The position numbers were made by a program, and so were the translations under genes. Below the pieces are notes generated by a model. It worked only from the letters and a program-made list of their open reading frames with translations, was not told the origin of the DNA and made no database searches. Positions 11,277-22,999 of a stretch of DNA of 64,000 bases are shown in pieces; position 1 is the stretch's first letter; the number at the start of each line of letters is the position of its first letter. The stretch comes from Dicyema japonicum (Eukaryota > Animalia > Dicyemida). The stretch spans positions 241,199-305,198 of the forward strand of contig RDEW01000024.1 in the NCBI GenBank assembly GCA_011109175.1. The letters are read 5' to 3'.

Positions 11277-12155
11277 ATGTGGTGTCTTGTGATGATTATT
11301 TTGTCACTTATTGCCAGCCATTCCTCAATAATAGACATACTAGAACTGTCTGAAAACAAGTCTAGTAATTCAACAAATCAACCAAAATTCAGGACGTTAG
11401 ATGAATTAAAGGAAGACCTGGGATCTCTTGATCTGTTTATGAAGAGCGAGATTGAACACTTGAACGAAATATTCCACGTGTTTGTAAATCAAACAAATAG
11501 GTCCGAACTGTTGGACGAAATAAACTATCTCGTTCACCAAGTAAACATTTTTCTAACTCAGATTGACAACGGAATTGAGTTCGCTAGGATTGGGGGAATT
11601 GAAGAAATGGTTAAATTAATCAACGGAGGTGATCCTATTCTAGCAGAGAAGGCCATGAAAGTCATCAGTTCAGCATCCCAACAGTATTCTTTACCTGTAT
11701 TTAGCAATCCCGTCGTCCAGAAGAGGGTTTTGGAGTCCGGAACTCTTTCTCTGTTGGTTGACAATTTAGGGGACCCCGAACTGAGTATCAAAGCAATGTC
11801 GGCAATTTCCGCGGCGGTCCGTGGATCTGAAGATTCACGTAATTACTTTATATTGGAGGGAGGTCTCCGAGTGGTGGTAGCGATGATGAATGAACAGAAT
11901 GAGTCGTCAGTTTTTGTGCAGAAGGGAGTGAATTTGCTGATGAGTATAATTAATGAAGAGGATGAAGCGGGAGATGCTTATAATATAAGAAGTCATTTGC
12001 AAGAGACATTGTGTGGAGTTGCTGGTAGATTGGTGAAGTATGATGATGAATTGCTGGTAGAGAAGGCCAACACATTAGACAGTTTGTTAAATTGTTCGAA
12101 TTCGCACGTACCTAACCAAGACCACCTCCTTAATACTGAAATCGAAATTACATAA
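11277..12155 (+). CDS. SIL1: ER nucleotide exchange factor SIL1
   Basis: Signal peptide MWCLVMIILSLIASHS; FRTLDELKEDL resembles animal FRPIEELKKDF. YLVHQ|IDNG and SASQH|NPVVQ appear only after removing 21-nt introns 11541-11561 and 11684-11704. AISAAVRG..FILEGGL also fits. Confidence 0.88.
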   Translation: MWCLVMIILSLIASHSSIIDILELSENKSSNSTNQPKFRTLDELKEDLGSLDLFMKSEIEHLNEIFHVFVNQTNRSELLDEINYLVHQVNIFLTQIDNGIEFARIGGIEEMVKLINGGDPILAEKAMKVISSASQQYSLPVFSNPVVQKRVLESGTLSLLVDNLGDPELSIKAMSAISAAVRGSEDSRNYFILEGGLRVVVAMMNEQNESSVFVQKGVNLLMSIINEEDEAGDAYNIRSHLQETLCGVAGRLVKYDDELLVEKANTLDSLLNCSNSHVPNQDHLLNTEIEIT

Positions 12156-12159
12156 AGAA

Positions 12160-12440
12160 TGTTTAAAAAAAATTTTCTTAAAATATTAACATTATTAATC
12201 ACTGTGCCGGGTGGCGCTGTGTAACGAGTGCTTGATAAAAGGTTTGATGGTCCTAGCTCGAATCTAGCTTCTGTACATTTCGGTTGTGGGTTCCACGCAT
12301 CCACTGATTTGACGATTGCCATCAGTGAACATTTTATTTCGTCTCATAAGGACTTACATACATTGAGAAAAAAAAGCTTTTCTAAGTTTTGATATCTTTT
12401 CTTTACCTAAAATAAATTACGTGTCCTTCCTGGGAGGCAT
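12160..12440 (-). CDS. NDUFA7: Divergent complex I accessory subunit B14.5a-like
   Basis: Model MPPRKDT|KISKLRKAFFSQ|YEIKCSLMAIVKSVDAWNPQP...GPSNLLSSTRYTAPPGTV, using 20- and 19-nt introns and one homopolymer correction. AF-(21 aa)-PQP spacing and GPSxLLS match insect NDUFA7 as I recall it. 3' end uncertain. Confidence 0.55.
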
Positions 12441-13745
12441 AGCTAATATGGCTCTTCGTAAAATGCAGTCTTATAAATCACTAGGGCGGAAATAATAAGA
12501 AAAATTTTTAGGTATTTTAAAAATAAAATATTATAAGTACCACATTTTAAGAAAAAGATAGGATAATTATAAAGTTTTATTTTTTACATTATTTTAAATA
12601 TTGTTCCACTGCTATTATTGATGTAGCGGGGCATTTTAAAAAGTTGTAGTATATTCATTGAATTTGCTGACTTTAGTCATTTTAACAACGTTTATTCTTC
12701 TCATATCATTCAATAAAATAATTTTAAATCCCCTTTTAAAAAATATAACTGATTTTTCAAAATCTGCATAACTTTCTTTGGTTGAATACCGTGAGTTTTG
12801 CAATTTTTCAAAATAGATGTTAGCCATCGATATTTCGTAAGTTCAAAAAATTCATTAAACAAATTTCATTAATTATTGATTACTTCACATTGGTAACAAT
12901 AACCCTATCGTTTTCAAATTGTTCACTTTGTTTTTATTGCAAAATAATTTCGGAGTAATAAAATGCCGCTTCTAAGAAACTCCCCCATTTTGTGATAATT
13001 ACATCTGGGGGTATCTAATCTCATCGAACCTAGCTCTGCGTTTTATATTTTCTGAAGAAAATTTGTCATTTTTTTCAATTAGGTATATTTTGATATTATT
13101 TTCACAAAAACATAGGTAATGAAAAAAAACAAATAACATGAAACATTTTATTATTATAATTTTTTCAAAATCTTTTCTAATGGAATTCGAATGTTTTGAA
13201 TTTATAGCTGATTGTACAATGTATAGAGTCTATGGTTTACATATTGTCCCGACGATTGATGGATGCAGACGATCTAGACGAAATCAGGAGGCAAACTAGA
13301 CGATGAAAGGTATAGAGAACGCTGACAGCAAGAATAGTCGAAAAACAAGCGAAACCATAAACAGTGTTTATTGGTAACGCGGATGTGCTTAGACTAACTA
13401 ACCTATTTTAAGACAATTTCATGGTTGAAAGAAATAGGAAAATATCCTTTTTTTCATAAATAGGACAATTATTGCAATTAGTGCCGATTAGTCCGCTTTA
13501 ATAATCAACCATCCAGAGGAGTTCCACCTGGAGGAAGCAGAGATTATTTGAATTTTTTAATTCTGCCTGCTGAGGGAAGCAGAGATTATTTGAATTTTTT
13601 AATTCTGCCTATGATGTGTTTTTCTGGTTCAATAAATTTAATTTAATAAATTAACGGCATAGAATTATACCCCCTGGCCATTTTCATCAGCAGGTTGTAC
13701 CACCACATCATCGCTCTGACGATAAAATGTTTGTTTCGCTTAGAG

Positions 13746-15535
13746 CAGAGGTTGTCAAACGGTGTGCCGCGAGACAATTTCTAGTGTGCTGCCTGACAAA
13801 TACAAATTTGAATAAATTTATATACATTTTTTGACCTAATTAATTTAAAAAGATAAAAAATTAAAATAATTACTAAAATTAAAATAATCATTTTTTTATT
13901 ATATATTAAATGACATTTTCATTGGTTAACCATTATTTATTAATTTTTTAATAACGTGCGCATCAACGTGCTTATGGGTAAATCAGTTCGTCGTTTTTAT
14001 AAAGATTCTTATTTGTCATTTGGATTTATATGCAAAAATAAAAATGAACTACCTCAATGTCTAATTTGCATGTAAGTATTGGCAAATGATCCTAGAAAAC
14101 TAAAGAGACATTTTACTTCCAAGCATCCGGACTATTCCGAAAAATCTGTGGATTATTTTATCCATTTGAAAAAACAACACAAGTATTATTTAGTTTTTAC
14201 TATGAATCGTAAATCTAGTCAAATGATGTTCAGTGAAACTTTTGTAAACACAAAGGAATCATTGAAATGTTCATACCTGATCTCAGAATCGATAGCAAAA
14301 CAACTAAAACCTCACACTATTAACGAAACCTTGATAATCCCTGCTTGTCGTATTATTGCTCGGACTATGATTGGTCATAAATATGAACAAAAAATAATAA
14401 AGACACCTTTGTCAGATAACACTGTTTCTTGTCGGATTTGTGCTTTGTCGGAGAATATTGAAAATAATGTCTCATTTTCTATTAAAGAAACTCGGTTTTC
14501 ATTACAACTTGATGAATCCACGGATATTTCGAGAATGGCACATTTGTTGGCATATTTACGATTTGTTTATTCTGGAAAAATTACAGAACAATTCTTGCTT
14601 TGTAAGCCTCTTTTAACTACTACTCGACCAATTGACATGTTCACGATGCTTATTTTCCAGACTTAAAAATTGAAAAATTCGATTGGGTCATTATTTTTTA
14701 AATATTTTTTTAGATACGAATTCCTTTTCTTGTGTCAGAATCAAAACACTTATTTGTTAAAAAAATGAAGAATTTATTGCACTGTTTAATGATCGATTTT
14801 TAAAATTAATGATGACTGAGTTATTATTATTATTATATAAGCAACTACATAGAATCATATAAACTATAATTCTATTCGTGCCGCGTCTGAACAATCCTCT
14901 TAATTAGCCTTTCCCATCCCCTCCTGTCCGATGCCAAGTGCCGCAGACTGCTAAGGTCTTCACCGTCCTTTAGTAGTCTGGTTACTGATCTCAGGTCACC
15001 ATTAAGGACTTCCGGAAGAGTTATTCTTGGACGACCTCTGAACTTCTCCCCTGACGTATCAAAGTATTCTTCCATGACGACGTTTGCTGGCGTGTCTTGT
15101 TCCAATCTGAGAATATGGCCAAACAATGACGGAGTTATACATTGGAGAATTCTGGATATATATTCGAAACATATATCCCAGTTTATCAAAACAAGCACTG
15201 ACCATAATTTTACAGTTTTCAACGACCTATTTATGCGAAACAGGTTTTTCTACGCTGCATAATATGAAGAATAACAAACGGTGAAAGTTTGAAAAACATT
15301 GATGCTGAAATGCGGGTGGCATTGTCAACCATTCGACCTGATATTGATGATATATGCAAAAACAATAATAATAAAGATTTCATTTTTTTATTAATAAAAA
15401 TTTGGTCATTAAATTACCAATTCTTGTACTTAGTTTTACACATCTTAAAAAATTAATTTTTTATTTTTTAATGTGTGCCGTGGATTATTTTTTTACGATT
15501 AGTGTGCCGCGAGAATTATTTTTTGAAAACCTCTG
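13746..15535 (+). mobile_element. Internally deleted hAT (Buster/ZBED5-type) DNA transposon
   Basis: TIRs CAGAGGTTGTCAAAC / CAGAGGTTTTCAAAA. TSD GCTTAGAG (nnnTAnnn; the right copy shares one G). ORF 14079-14666 has BED-finger remnant, LSDNTV, FSLQLDESTDIS. Dimerisation motif FSTTYLCETGFS at ~15210. Confidence 0.9.
14825..15125 (-). mobile_element. 5'-truncated RTE LINE inserted in the hAT
   Basis: LFGHILRL...FRGRPRITLPEVL..WERLIKRI, (AAT)n tail, and 13-bp TSD ATGAC(T/G)GAGTTAT at 14812-14824 and 15126-15138. Confidence 0.88.
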
Positions 15536-15599
15536 CTTAGAGGTTTGCCCTCCTCTTAGGGGATGGAGAAAATCTACTCAATCCGAAGAAATTTTGAGT

Positions 15600-15880
15600 T
15601 TTTTTTTATATGAGAGTCCATCAAGAAAAAACAGAGTTTATCCAATGTCACACAAGTCCATCCATAAGATAAAATATAGAAGAAATGTGCTGTGATAACA
15701 CCCCCAGCGGAGTGGGAGAGAGTAAATGATCCTTTCGCGTACCATCGTAACACTAGGCACCACGTGAGAAATCAAATGACACTACTCTATTGGAAAAAGG
15801 AAGAGGAGGGACAGAAGAAACAAACAATCAAATCTTTAATCAAGTAGACACATGTTAACAAACTAACGTACCACGTGTGT
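15600..15880 (-). mobile_element. Old SINE-B copy
   Basis: Minus strand AATAGAGTAGTGTCATTTGATT...GCGAAAGGATCATTTAC..CCCACTCC aligns with the SINE-B core. Confidence 0.65.
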
Positions 15881-15899
15881 AGCTTACAACACTACCAAA

Positions 15900-16640
15900 A
15901 GTCACTAATCATCTCCATTAACATATAGAAGGTTTGTCACTCCCAAGGAAGTTACAAAAGGAAGATCTTTCTCTTGAACATACAAGCAAATTGAAAATTT
16001 TGATAGCAAATTTCCCTAACGAGTGAAGAAGGGGAGTTACCAAGAAAAGTCATGCAAAATGATTTTACTTCAATTAGAAGACTAACAAACTGTGCAACTC
16101 TCTTGACCCTTAAGTGAGATTTAAGCTCCTACACAAACTCTGTCAAGTTACTAGGCATCACTTACGACCCCTCGTGACTTTCAGTAACATGCTAGTAATG
16201 TCATCTCCTCGTCTCACCGATACTAAACTATGTAAAAGCACTTATTAGACACTACAAAGGCTGTTTCAACTCAACGTTAAGCTCACTCTATAATACTCTA
16301 TATCTATATACATATACAACCTAACATCAGTATCGGATGATGGGGAACAAACCTTTCCGATATGAATTTGAAAAAGATTAATGTCTTTCAAACAACAGTC
16401 ACCTGGTTCCTACAAATGTTCTCCTCGTATCTAATGGAAACTCCTTTCAAGCTACTTATGAGGAGAACAGGAGCTCTATTGACACATCAGAAGTTGCCAA
16501 AAGTGTTTCGTACATACAGTAAGTGCGTCGGTTTTCAGGACGAACACCGAGCAAAGATGAGAGGTTTTCTTAAGTAGGCCGGGATCAACTGACACCCACA
16601 TTTTTCTTTTTAATTTGTTGGTGATTCTTGGCTTTGAATT
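15900..16640 (+). mobile_element. Degenerate Ingi/Vingi-like LINE 3' half
   Basis: GITYDP, WGTNLSDMNLKKINVFQ, and terminal CCGGGATCAACTGA...GGTGATTCTTGG hairpin. Confidence 0.7.
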
Positions 16641-18549
16641 AATAAATTTGTTTGAGAATCAACCATGACATCTCCTTTTGATGATTTATGTCAATTTATG
16701 CACTTCTCGGTTGAATTGTTGATTGACGGAGTTCCCATAACTCAAGGCTGGATGTTTTATTCCATTTTATTGGTTCTGGGTGGACTTAACTCCGATATTC
16801 GTATGTCCTAAATGGAGTAAAGCTAGTTAAATATCATTATTATTTATTAACTCATGGACCACCGAGAAGAAAGACAAAAAAATGTTAACTAGTTAGGTGA
16901 TCTCAGTTCCCGCAACCACTGCCGAATGGAAGTGCCTACTTTGATCCTTGTAGAGGAAACCGATTGGGGACGGAAATTTCTGGGCAAGTCCCCAAATTAG
17001 TAAAAGTGAAATTTTGATTTTTATATAAATGTTCAAATAAAATTTTGGTGATCGATTTGACATTAGGTATCAGTAATTAATGTTAAGTGATCGAAAAATT
17101 CAATTATCTAAAATAGTGTTTAACTGAGATTTTTATAGTTCGAATAAGTAATATGCACCATATGGACAGGTCTTTGAGTGAAGGTGGTCGATTTTGTTCT
17201 TTAAGTCATTGAGATCACATTATTCATCTTTCATCTTGATATGCTAATATCTCTTTGAAGTGAATTTCATATATTATTTTGATAATTCTACTATTGTTAA
17301 CCAATTTTGACATTTAATAAATAAGTTTTTTTAATGAAGAAAACAGACGAATTTGGGACACTTAACTGTAAGATTACACTGTATTTTGCAACATAAATAA
17401 TAATACTTCATTCCTAGAGACAGTGTACTTTCCTCCGAACAATGTCAATTCTATGTACCTGAGAGAATTAAATCTGTTTATTTCAATTATTTTAATAACA
17501 TTTAAGTAGCAGAATGGATATATAATGAGTGTCTCTGAGTCAGATGGATCTGATGTCGCCACTTAAGGGAAGAGAAATCATCAATCAAGTAGCCACATGA
17601 CACCACGTGGTCAAATAATAATGTAATCTAATAAGTAATATAAAGAGAAATTATCAAAGTTCCGATTATCACTTTATTCTTTAGAACAAGATTCAAGGAC
17701 TCACGTAGCGAACTTAAAAGTGCCGAAACTAACTTAAATGACTTGTAGAACCATCCATTATTACAATTATCAAAAAACTGAGAATCCTATGATCTCTATT
17801 GAAGAAAGCATACAATCTATATTCAGAATTCACTGATTAATTAGATGAAATCAGTGCTTTTCGAATGAGATCAGCCATATATCTAAAAGACATAGTGGGA
17901 GATCTTAGAAAGAAGATTTTTTATTCTGAAAACTAATTTAATGACTTTTAACATTTTCATCCAAACTACCAGTATATATAAAAATCTATTTGTATTTTAC
18001 TTGAAGAATTAACATTTTGAGAAATAAAGACAGTAATGGATTATGAATGTACAATTAAAAATTGCGAATTAAGGAAAAGTCATTGATTTTGTGTTAACCC
18101 TGGATTTTATAGAGGGACCATAATCACATCGGAAGAAGTAACTTTGCGATTCAAGCTTTTGATAAGCCACATTCCTATTTAAAAAAATAGTGCAGCCTTA
18201 ATTTACACAGCCGAAATTTTAGTTTACGATATAATTTTGACAAATCCTGTATTACTTTGCTGGGAGAAAGAAAGAAATACCTCTATCAAATGCTGATTAA
18301 TTCAGCTTCTGAATATTTTATTCTTAGTGAAAGATTACCTCTCCCTAATAAACCTAATTTCAAAGTGAGAATTAAAGTTGTACATTTTAAAGATTATAAA
18401 TCTAGAAATTTACAGATTTTTATCGAAAATAAAAATCCTTGAGGACTATCATCATATATTAGCAAACATTAATGAAGAATATGAGACGTCTTCTTGCATA
18501 ATAGCCGGGAGTAAGCGGTTTTTTTTATCTAAAATTTAGTTATTTTTAT

Positions 18550-18830
18550 ATTATTGAACCAAAAAACCACTGCCATATCCAAAATAACAAAATTCAGTTG
18601 ATCCCAGCCTCCTTCTACAGTCTCCGCATCTTTTCTCGGTGTTCCGACTGCGTTCCTGTGCATTTCCGATATGGACGGGGTCCGCATACTTGAGTCCTTC
18701 GCAGGAGCACTGTTTCAGTCGCCTCTATCATATTTTCTAGGTTTCTTGGCAGAATTTCCACTCGGGAATATTTCCTTAGTAGGTTTGCTGTTTTCACTTG
18801 AATATCGCATATCTTGTCCAAATTCGTTGC
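18550..18830 (-). mobile_element. Ingi/Vingi-like LINE 3' fragment
   Basis: ORF 18615-18821 aligns with ORF 482-778 (RKCTGTQSEHREKMRR). Confidence 0.75.
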
Positions 18831-18889
18831 AGAAATCTAGAATTTATGTAATAGAAATAAATTACATTGCATAATTATAACAGAAAGTT

Positions 18890-19200
18890 TATATCTGTGG
18901 ATCAAAGATGAAGATCATTATTGAATTCGAAAGGGCACTTCAATTGAAATGCAAACATTAGTCGATGTTTCCCTGATAAAAAGTTACGGACGCTAGTAGA
19001 ATAATTATGGAATAACATTGAGAAAAAACATTACAAATATGTCTCTAACTAATACAACTTTTTTTAAGCGACACAAGGATGTGCGTAAAGCGGATTTCTA
19101 ACGAAAAAAATTAATGAAATTGTTGAGAAAAATAATGAATCGCTTTGATGAAAACGGCAGAATTTCACATAAACGATTAAATAAGGAGGTTAACCCACGA
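18890..19200 (+). mobile_element. Possible degenerate MULE transposase fragment
   Basis: IIIEFERAL...SMFP..KVTD resembles the MULE motif DFE.A...FP....GC.FH; many stops. Confidence 0.35.
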
Positions 19201-19979
19201 AAGTCTGAGGTTCCTCAATAATTGGAATTGTCTACATTAGTATTTTTTGATTATTGATGAAGCAAATTCATTGTAATAAGAAATTTCAAAATACATCCAT
19301 TTTAAATCGATTCGTGGAGACTTTGTATCAGCAAGGTGAATAGACTCGATTTCCTCGAGTCAGGAATTTTGGCCATCAATCAGCCATTAAACACGTTTCA
19401 ATAGCTGACGGAAAGATTCATGACGAGATGACTACTTAAATCGGTTATTCACAAAGATATTTGAGTAACCAGTAAACTCCAATTCGAGTGCTTAATTTTA
19501 ATCACGAATCCCTTAGATCTTTACTGTGAGTCAAAAAAATCAAACAAAAAGTTCTTATGGAATATAGGTACTTCTCAGCATTGATTCACTCAACTTATAA
19601 TCCAAGTCATTACAATATCATTGACTCGTATTTTCTGAGATTTATAGCTGCGTATGTTCTTTTAATACTTCCTATAATCCAACGAAGATACTTTTTTGGA
19701 GACATCAAAAATAGGATCCTTTTTTTATTCAGAAATGTAGTTGTGAATTTTCTAATCTCCAATAAAGAAATTTGAAAGTCTTATGTCTTTCGTTCGAGAC
19801 ACATCAATTTTTTTGGAATCTGTGATTTAAATAAATTTGTCCAAAACTATAATAACATCCTTTGATAGTAATCAACGATTTTTAGTTTTTTATCAGAACG
19901 TCCGCAGTATCAAGCTATCGCGACAGATTTGTACTCAAAACTATCGCAACAGGAATGATTACCATACTTTTATTAAAAA

Positions 19980-20720
19980 CTTTTTTTTAATTAAATTAAA
20001 ATTATTAACCAAAAGCCTACGCAGCCTAAAGGAAAACTGGCTAAAGAGTAAAAGATTGAGTACACAAACATAGACACGTTTATACAATTCACTGATGAAG
20101 CCTATTCTCCTCTACAATGCCGGAACATGGGGACTTTCTGATAGGACAATCACAATCTAGACTCGTTTTATAGAGATCACTTCGACATGGTATTCAAAGC
20201 TCGGAAGCAAAATAGTTTATACCTGGACATCAAGCAAACCTATTTCACTACAAATAGCGGCATGCAGGTGGAGACTATTCGACACATTTTAAGAATGGAT
20301 TTGGAGGCACCAGCAAATACTACCAAGGAGGACTATTTCGAAGCTGATGGATCTCGTGACGAGTGACGCCGTCATCAGTGGATACTCACTGTGGAACTAG
20401 ATTGTCTAGAAAGAACCCACACACAAGAAAAAGAAAAAAAAGTGAAGATCATTCCTACGATTAGTTAAAATTAACTGTTCTTTACTTTAATAAAGTGTGT
20501 GTCCTGCCTATGCGGAGCTATAAATATTATGGCTCTCGTGAAAAGGCTGTTATTATTATTTGATGGATCTCGTTTCAGGGGGCGCCCGAAAAATACTCGC
20601 CCGGTTACGCTGGATAGAGACCTTCGGAGAGTGGGGAAACAATTAAAGACGGGAACGACCTTGACGCCTTACGGGACGTTGCCCAGAACAGGGGAAAATG
20701 GAAGAAATTAATAACTCTTA
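19980..20720 (+). mobile_element. RTE LINE 3' part, interrupted by SINE-A
   Basis: LYNSLMKPILLYNAGTWG, WRLF.HILRMD, then after the insert GSRFRGRPKNT..LDRDL. Confidence 0.8.
20358..20560 (+). mobile_element. 5'-truncated SINE-A with TSD
   Basis: Perfect 13-bp TSD TGATGGATCTCGT (20345-20357, 20561-20573) and (TTA)n tail. Confidence 0.9.
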
Positions 20721-20739
20721 TTGTTTCCTGTACTGCACA

Positions 20740-21400
20740 AGCTTTGTCATGACCAATGGCTTCGCGCTTAATAATAATAACCAAAAGCCACAGTTTTTGT
20801 CAGAATGAGAAAATTAAGGTGATTCCGGACTCCCTCAGCATTCTTCGTATCTGTTTATCATATTCAGATTTGTTCCGCCACATTTGCGATAAAAGTGGGG
20901 TTTACGTAAACGTATCCTCCGCCAGAAAATTGCCCCAGTTGGAGAAGGTAGCAAATCCACGTCGTGGCTGTGTATTGTTGAGAGTTCCACTGCCTGCACA
21001 GGGTAGCAAATCCCTTTAACCATATTTTCAAAACTTCTGGGCCGGAATTCATTGCAGAACGACTTCTTCAGTACTTTTGCCGCCTTTGACTGAATTTTAT
21101 GGATCTTGGTTAGGTTCGTCAGCCAAGGCTTGTTTCTCAAGTAGCACATGCATAACTAATTGTACGTTCAGTGTACTGCTTGTAGGGGTATCCAATCCAT
21201 TTAGTCTTTAGTCTCGATGCAGAATATCAAATACCCTGGAGTACTCTCCCACACCGATCGCTCAAGTAATTCGCCAACCATAACTTCAGATTTGCGTCAA
21301 TGTTCGATGAATAAATTTTGTGGGTGATGATCTTCTTTGGAACAGAGTCAAATATTGTTCAACCATTATTGTTCATGGCAGTAGATATGAAGCCAAGTTG
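20740..21400 (-). mobile_element. Rearranged Ingi/Vingi-like LINE fragments
   Basis: TNLTKIHKIQSKAAK (ORF 20835-21149); FDSVPKKIIT near 21330. Confidence 0.7.
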
Positions 21401-21520
21401 CCTTCTTTGTAAACGTTTCAATTTTATTCGTTGAATTAAGACATATTAAATATTTTTATAATAAAAAATCCTTTTTTAAAAACAAACAATAAATAAAATT
21501 TTAAATAAAAATAAACCAAC

Positions 21521-22877
21521 ATGGTGTTGTGTGATATTCCGCCTGATGATTGGAGACCAGCGACTGTAACGTTTGAAACAAAGTTTCTTTTTAAATATTA
21601 ATGAAACAGCTTAGGAAATATAACGTTTGAGCTATATTGGGAATACGCCCTCAAGACTTGCAAAAACTTTGCACAGCTAACAAAAATTGGTTATTACAAC
21701 GGAGTCACATTCCACCGAGTCGTCAACAACTTCATCATCCAAAGTGGAGACCCATCTGGTACTGGACGAGGTGGAGAATCCATTTATGGGGAGCCTTTTG
21801 AGGATGAGATCACTGGAGACCTGAAGCATACCGGAGCAGGCATTCTTTCAATGGCGAACGCTGGGAAGGACACAAATGGGTCTCAGTTTTTTGTGACCCT
21901 TTCTCCTTCTCAGCGCCAGCGCCCATCCTGAAGGATGGTGGAGAACACATTTTGAACTCATAAAACGTTGGAAAGAGAAACCAGGTCGTATAGTTTCAGT
22001 AAAATAGAGATTCAAGTAATCATCTGAGGCCCAAAAAAGGATTCCCTCCACAAAAACAGTTGAAGGATATAGGAAGGAAGTATAAAAACATGTCTATCAA
22101 TACCTAATGAGGCTCAAGCCATAATCATCTACACAATCGTCCATATCCTCTTTTGAGGCAATTTCAAGCGTAAACAAGCCTTATTTCCTTAATGAAATTC
22201 GTTCCTTACTGGCAGTCGCTGATAGTATGTTGAAACGTTTAATCCATCCCAAAGCCATGTTTTTATTTTCATAGTTATAGAATCGTTATGGAATCGTCTC
22301 AATTCTAACAGTTATCAATTAAAAAAATTTGAAAGAACGTAACGAAAGATTACCTATTGCAAAACTAAAAATAGAAAACCGTGGAGAAGCTCAGTCTTTA
22401 ATTAGACTTGGTTTTAATATTAGTTTCTCACAAGTCACAGTGAATGGTTTAAAAAACCTGAAATCCAATGCTAATGCTTTCAGTTATTTGGTCATATTGC
22501 GCGTTTCTGCAAAAACGTTTAAAGATATTTGATTTGCTCAGGAAACCACAGGAAGTCGGATAGTCAACCTGACTTAAGAACTGTAAAAATTGCATAATTT
22601 GTGGATTAACTAACAACATGGCTAACTACGGAGGTTGCTCTTGTGCAAAGCAGCTAATAAACTCGAGATGGATAAATTCTTAAATCAAGGTAAACCTCGC
22701 AATGAAAATGTTGCTACTATTAAAGACTCCTGGCGGAGATTTTCGCACTTGGATGGACGACACACTATCTTTGGGAGGGTGGACTCGGGAATGTCAGTGG
22801 TGAAGAGAATTGGTTTGGTGGAGACAGATCATAACAACAAACCAATAGAACCAATTGTTATTAATAAAGCTTACTGA
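21521..22877 (+). CDS. PPIL1: Spliceosomal cyclophilin PPIL1, split by an 832-bp insert
   Basis: MVLCDIPPDDWRP..ET|NLGNITFELYW..KTCKNFA..GYYNG..FHR..GDPSGTGRGG.SIYG..FEDE..MANAGKDTNGSQFFVTLSPSQ // HLDGRHTIFGRV..VETD..KAY*. 27-nt intron at 21583-21609. Confidence 0.93.
21914..22745. other. Unclassified 832-bp insertion inside PPIL1
   Basis: Removing it gives in-frame ...SQ|HLDG.... Ends are CG..CG (or GC..GC); no GT-AG, no TSD. Confidence 0.8.
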
Positions 22878-22999
22878 TTTTGATTTGTTGATAATTTTCG
22901 TTTTTATATTTTTTTAATTTTACAAATTTAAAAAATTGATAAAATATATAATTAAGTGCCAGCAGTTAGCTGATAGATTCTTAAACATGCTTCGAAAGA

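Noticed and set aside
13531-13610. ~42-bp direct repeat pair
   Set aside because: Simple two-copy local duplication with no further structure.
21914-22745. Helitron or GC-AG intron explanation for the PPIL1 insert
   Set aside because: No 5' TC, no A|T target. The only in-frame GC-AG option has a very poor donor (CA|GCGCCA) and adds two residues in a conserved motif.
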